This document shows, piece by piece, positions 62,301 through 64,000 of a stretch of DNA of 64,000 bases; positions within the stretch are counted from its first letter, which is position 1; each line of letters begins with the position of its first letter. Both the position numbers and the translations under genes were made by a program. Origin of the DNA: Candidatus Dormibacteria bacterium (GTDB lineage Bacteria > Chloroflexota > Dormibacteria > Aeolococcales > Aeolococcaceae); contig JBEKIT010000010.1 of the NCBI GenBank assembly GCA_050011555.1, positions 18,720-82,719 of the forward strand. Reading direction: 5' to 3'. The notes under the pieces were generated by a model, which saw only the letters and a list, made by a program, of their open reading frames with translations, was not told the DNA's origin and did not search any database.

Positions 62301-62331
62301 GCTCTGTCTCCTATTCCGGTCGGGTGCTGTG

Positions 62332-63423
62332 ATGGCCCGAATTGTAAGGTCGCGCAACGGGTTTCTCAACTGTCCCCCGTGCTACGGTGCGCGGGTGCAC
62401 GGAGTCTCGGCGGGCCTGCCCGGAGTCGAATGGGATCGCGAGCTGTTTGCGACCGGGGGCCATGTCATGCAGAGCCGCTCGTGGATGGCGGTGCAGCGGG
62501 CACTGGGCGACGAGATCGTGCACCAGCGGGGTGAGGGATGGCGTTGGGCCGGCGTCCGCCACCGCGGGCGCGGGATCACCTATGTCTATCTCCCCTACGG
62601 GCCCGCGCTCGAGCACCCGGACCGGCTGGGCGACGCCATCGACGCGATTCGCGCGTCCGGCGCCGAGCTGGGAGCGGACTTCGTCCGGGTCGAACCCGAC
62701 CTCGAGGTGGCCTCCGGCAGGGAGGCAGCGGCCGCCGAGGCGGTGCTCGCCGCACGGGGAGCGGCGCGGGTCCGCAGCGTGCAGCCCCGCCACACCCTGG
62801 TCCTCGACCTGCGCCGGACCGAGGAGGAGCTGCGCGCCGAGCTGCTGTCCGGGCGGCGGCGCAGCATCAACGCCGCGGCCAGGAAGGGCGTGTCGATCCG
62901 CCGCACCCGTGAGCCGCGGGAGGTCGAGGAGTTCCTCCGGCTGATCCGGATGACGGGGGAGCGCAACCGGTTCGACCCCCACCCCGACGAGTATTACCGC
63001 ACCGTGTGCACCACCCTCTTTGGCCTCCAGGTGGCCTCCCTCTACCTGGCCGAGGTGGAGGGGCAGAGCGTGGCCGGGGTCATCGCCTTCGAGTCCCCGA
63101 CCACCGGCTACTACGCCCACGCCGCGGACGACCCCGAGCGCTCGCGTCAGATCGTCGCGGCGGCGCCGCTCGCGTGGCAGATCGTGCTCGACTGCCGTGC
63201 CGAGGGGAGGACGGCGTTCGACTTCTGGGGGGTCATCCCGGACGACTCGGTGGAACACCCCTGGGCCGGCTTCAGCCGGTTCAAGAAGACCTTCGGCGGG
63301 CGGTTGGTGACCCGGCCGGGCACCTTCGACCTGCCGCTCCGCCCCTGGCGCTACCGCGCCTACCGCGCCGCTCGGGAGATGCGTGCGGCTCGCCGCGGCC
63401 GGCCGCCGGCCGTGCCGGCATGA
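62332..63423 (+). CDS. FemAB-family peptidoglycan peptide-bridge aminoacyltransferase
   Basis: HVMQSRSWMAVQRALG, YLPYGP, SGRRRSINAAARKG, YYAHAADD and AGFSRFKKTFGG. The start is uncertain (ATG 62332 or GTG 62395). Confidence 0.75.
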   Translation: MARIVRSRNGFLNCPPCYGARVHGVSAGLPGVEWDRELFATGGHVMQSRSWMAVQRALGDEIVHQRGEGWRWAGVRHRGRGITYVYLPYGPALEHPDRLGDAIDAIRASGAELGADFVRVEPDLEVASGREAAAAEAVLAARGAARVRSVQPRHTLVLDLRRTEEELRAELLSGRRRSINAAARKGVSIRRTREPREVEEFLRLIRMTGERNRFDPHPDEYYRTVCTTLFGLQVASLYLAEVEGQSVAGVIAFESPTTGYYAHAADDPERSRQIVAAAPLAWQIVLDCRAEGRTAFDFWGVIPDDSVEHPWAGFSRFKKTFGGRLVTRPGTFDLPLRPWRYRAYRAAREMRAARRGRPPAVPA

Positions 63424-64000
63424 GGCCCGCCAGCCGCGCCGAGATCGACCGCTGGGACGACCTGGTGCTCGCCAACCCCGACGGCGGGAGCATGCTCCAG
63501 AGCCGGGCCTGGGGCGAGTTCAAGCGCGGCTGGGGCTGGCGGCCCACCTACCTGGTCTCCGACGACCCGGCCCGACCGGCTGCGGTCCTCTTTCTCCGGC
63601 GGGAGGTTCCGGGACTGGGCGGGCTCTGGTACGCGCCCAAGGGCCCGGGGGTCCGCAGCGCGGAGGAATTGGCCCGAACCCTCGCCTCCCGGCGCGCCTT
63701 CGACGGCGCCTTCTGCGTCCAGGTCGAGCCGGAGCTGGCCGACACCCCGGCCAACCGGCTGGCGATGACCGCCCTCGGACTCCGCAAGGCCGAGGACGTG
63801 CAGATCTCCCGCGCCACCGCGGTGGTCGACCTCTCCCTCGACGAGGAGGCCCTGCTCGCCTCCTTCCGGCCGAAGACGCGCTACAACATCCGGCTGGCGG
63901 GCCGCCACGGGGTGAGGGTCGAGCCGATCCCCTGCGACGAGACGGGGGTGACCACCATGTACGCGCTGATGGCGGCGGCCTTCGAGCGCGCCGGCTACCC
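63420..64000 (+). CDS. Second FemAB-family aminoacyltransferase, 5' part (runs off the window)
   Basis: ATG 63420 overlaps the previous stop (ATGA). My own translation gives MRPASRAEIDRWDDLVLANPDGGSMLQSRAWGEFKRGWGW...WYAPKGP...FRPKTRYNIRLAGRHG. The frame is open to the window end. Confidence 0.75.
   Translation, partial: MRPASRAEIDRWDDLVLANPDGGSMLQSRAWGEFKRGWGWRPTYLVSDDPARPAAVLFLRREVPGLGGLWYAPKGPGVRSAEELARTLASRRAFDGAFCVQVEPELADTPANRLAMTALGLRKAEDVQISRATAVVDLSLDEEALLASFRPKTRYNIRLAGRHGVRVEPIPCDETGVTTMYALMAAAFERAGY

Overview
Very GC-rich (roughly 70% or more by eye, not computed), gene-dense chromosomal segment with about 70 protein genes and one tRNA. I saw no rRNA, CRISPR array, transposase, integrase or phage genes. 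It looks like an Actinomycetota-type, F420-using bacterium: an EspR-like regulator, a Ddn-family deazaflavin enzyme, many 4-nt or 1-nt stop/start overlaps, and many starts with no Shine-Dalgarno sequence that sit a few nt downstream of a -10-like hexamer. Blocks in order: (1) GT2 polysaccharide synthase, soluble histidine kinase and fumC (239-4676). (2) Mrr-like nuclease-fold protein, then a Fur-family regulator divergent from a DHA2 MFS exporter, HAD hydrolase, tam, and a marR-MFS pair (4733-11918). (3) Cof hydrolase, DEAD-box helicase, alpha/beta hydrolase, rhodanese-ThiF adenylyltransferase and an EspR-like regulator (12665-18031). (4) A nearly complete menaquinone cluster, menD-menC-ddn-menA-menB on the minus strand and menE-X-menG-menF on the plus strand, followed directly by murE (18050-29151). 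(5) rsmG, cell-wall hydrolase and envelope proteins, gcvTH and tRNA-Val(CAC) (29208-35161). (6) WYL regulator, YCII-ECF sigma-PAP2 operon and pepP (35677-41782). (7) rpsF-ssb-rpsR, an amidase, and an aminotransferase-serA-DUF1015 operon (41946-48733). (8) TetR-hydrolase-GNAT divergent from a DrrAB-like ABC exporter, then LysE, HAD, RHH, FmdB and trxA (48845-55816). (9) XRE-folB-folD-unknown-folC operon (56502-60036). (10) HU-dacB and two tandem FemAB-family genes (60633-64000). The most interesting items are: an uncharacterised ORF translationally coupled on both sides inside the folate operon; a Ddn-family F420 enzyme and an unknown membrane protein inside the men cluster; the serA-DUF1015 linkage; 18-nt perfect direct repeats bracketing dacB; several tandem repeat arrays at gene ends; and an in-frame 99-nt duplication inside menD. 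All calls come from reading the sequence and the ORF track. No searches or folding were run, and start codons are the least certain coordinates.
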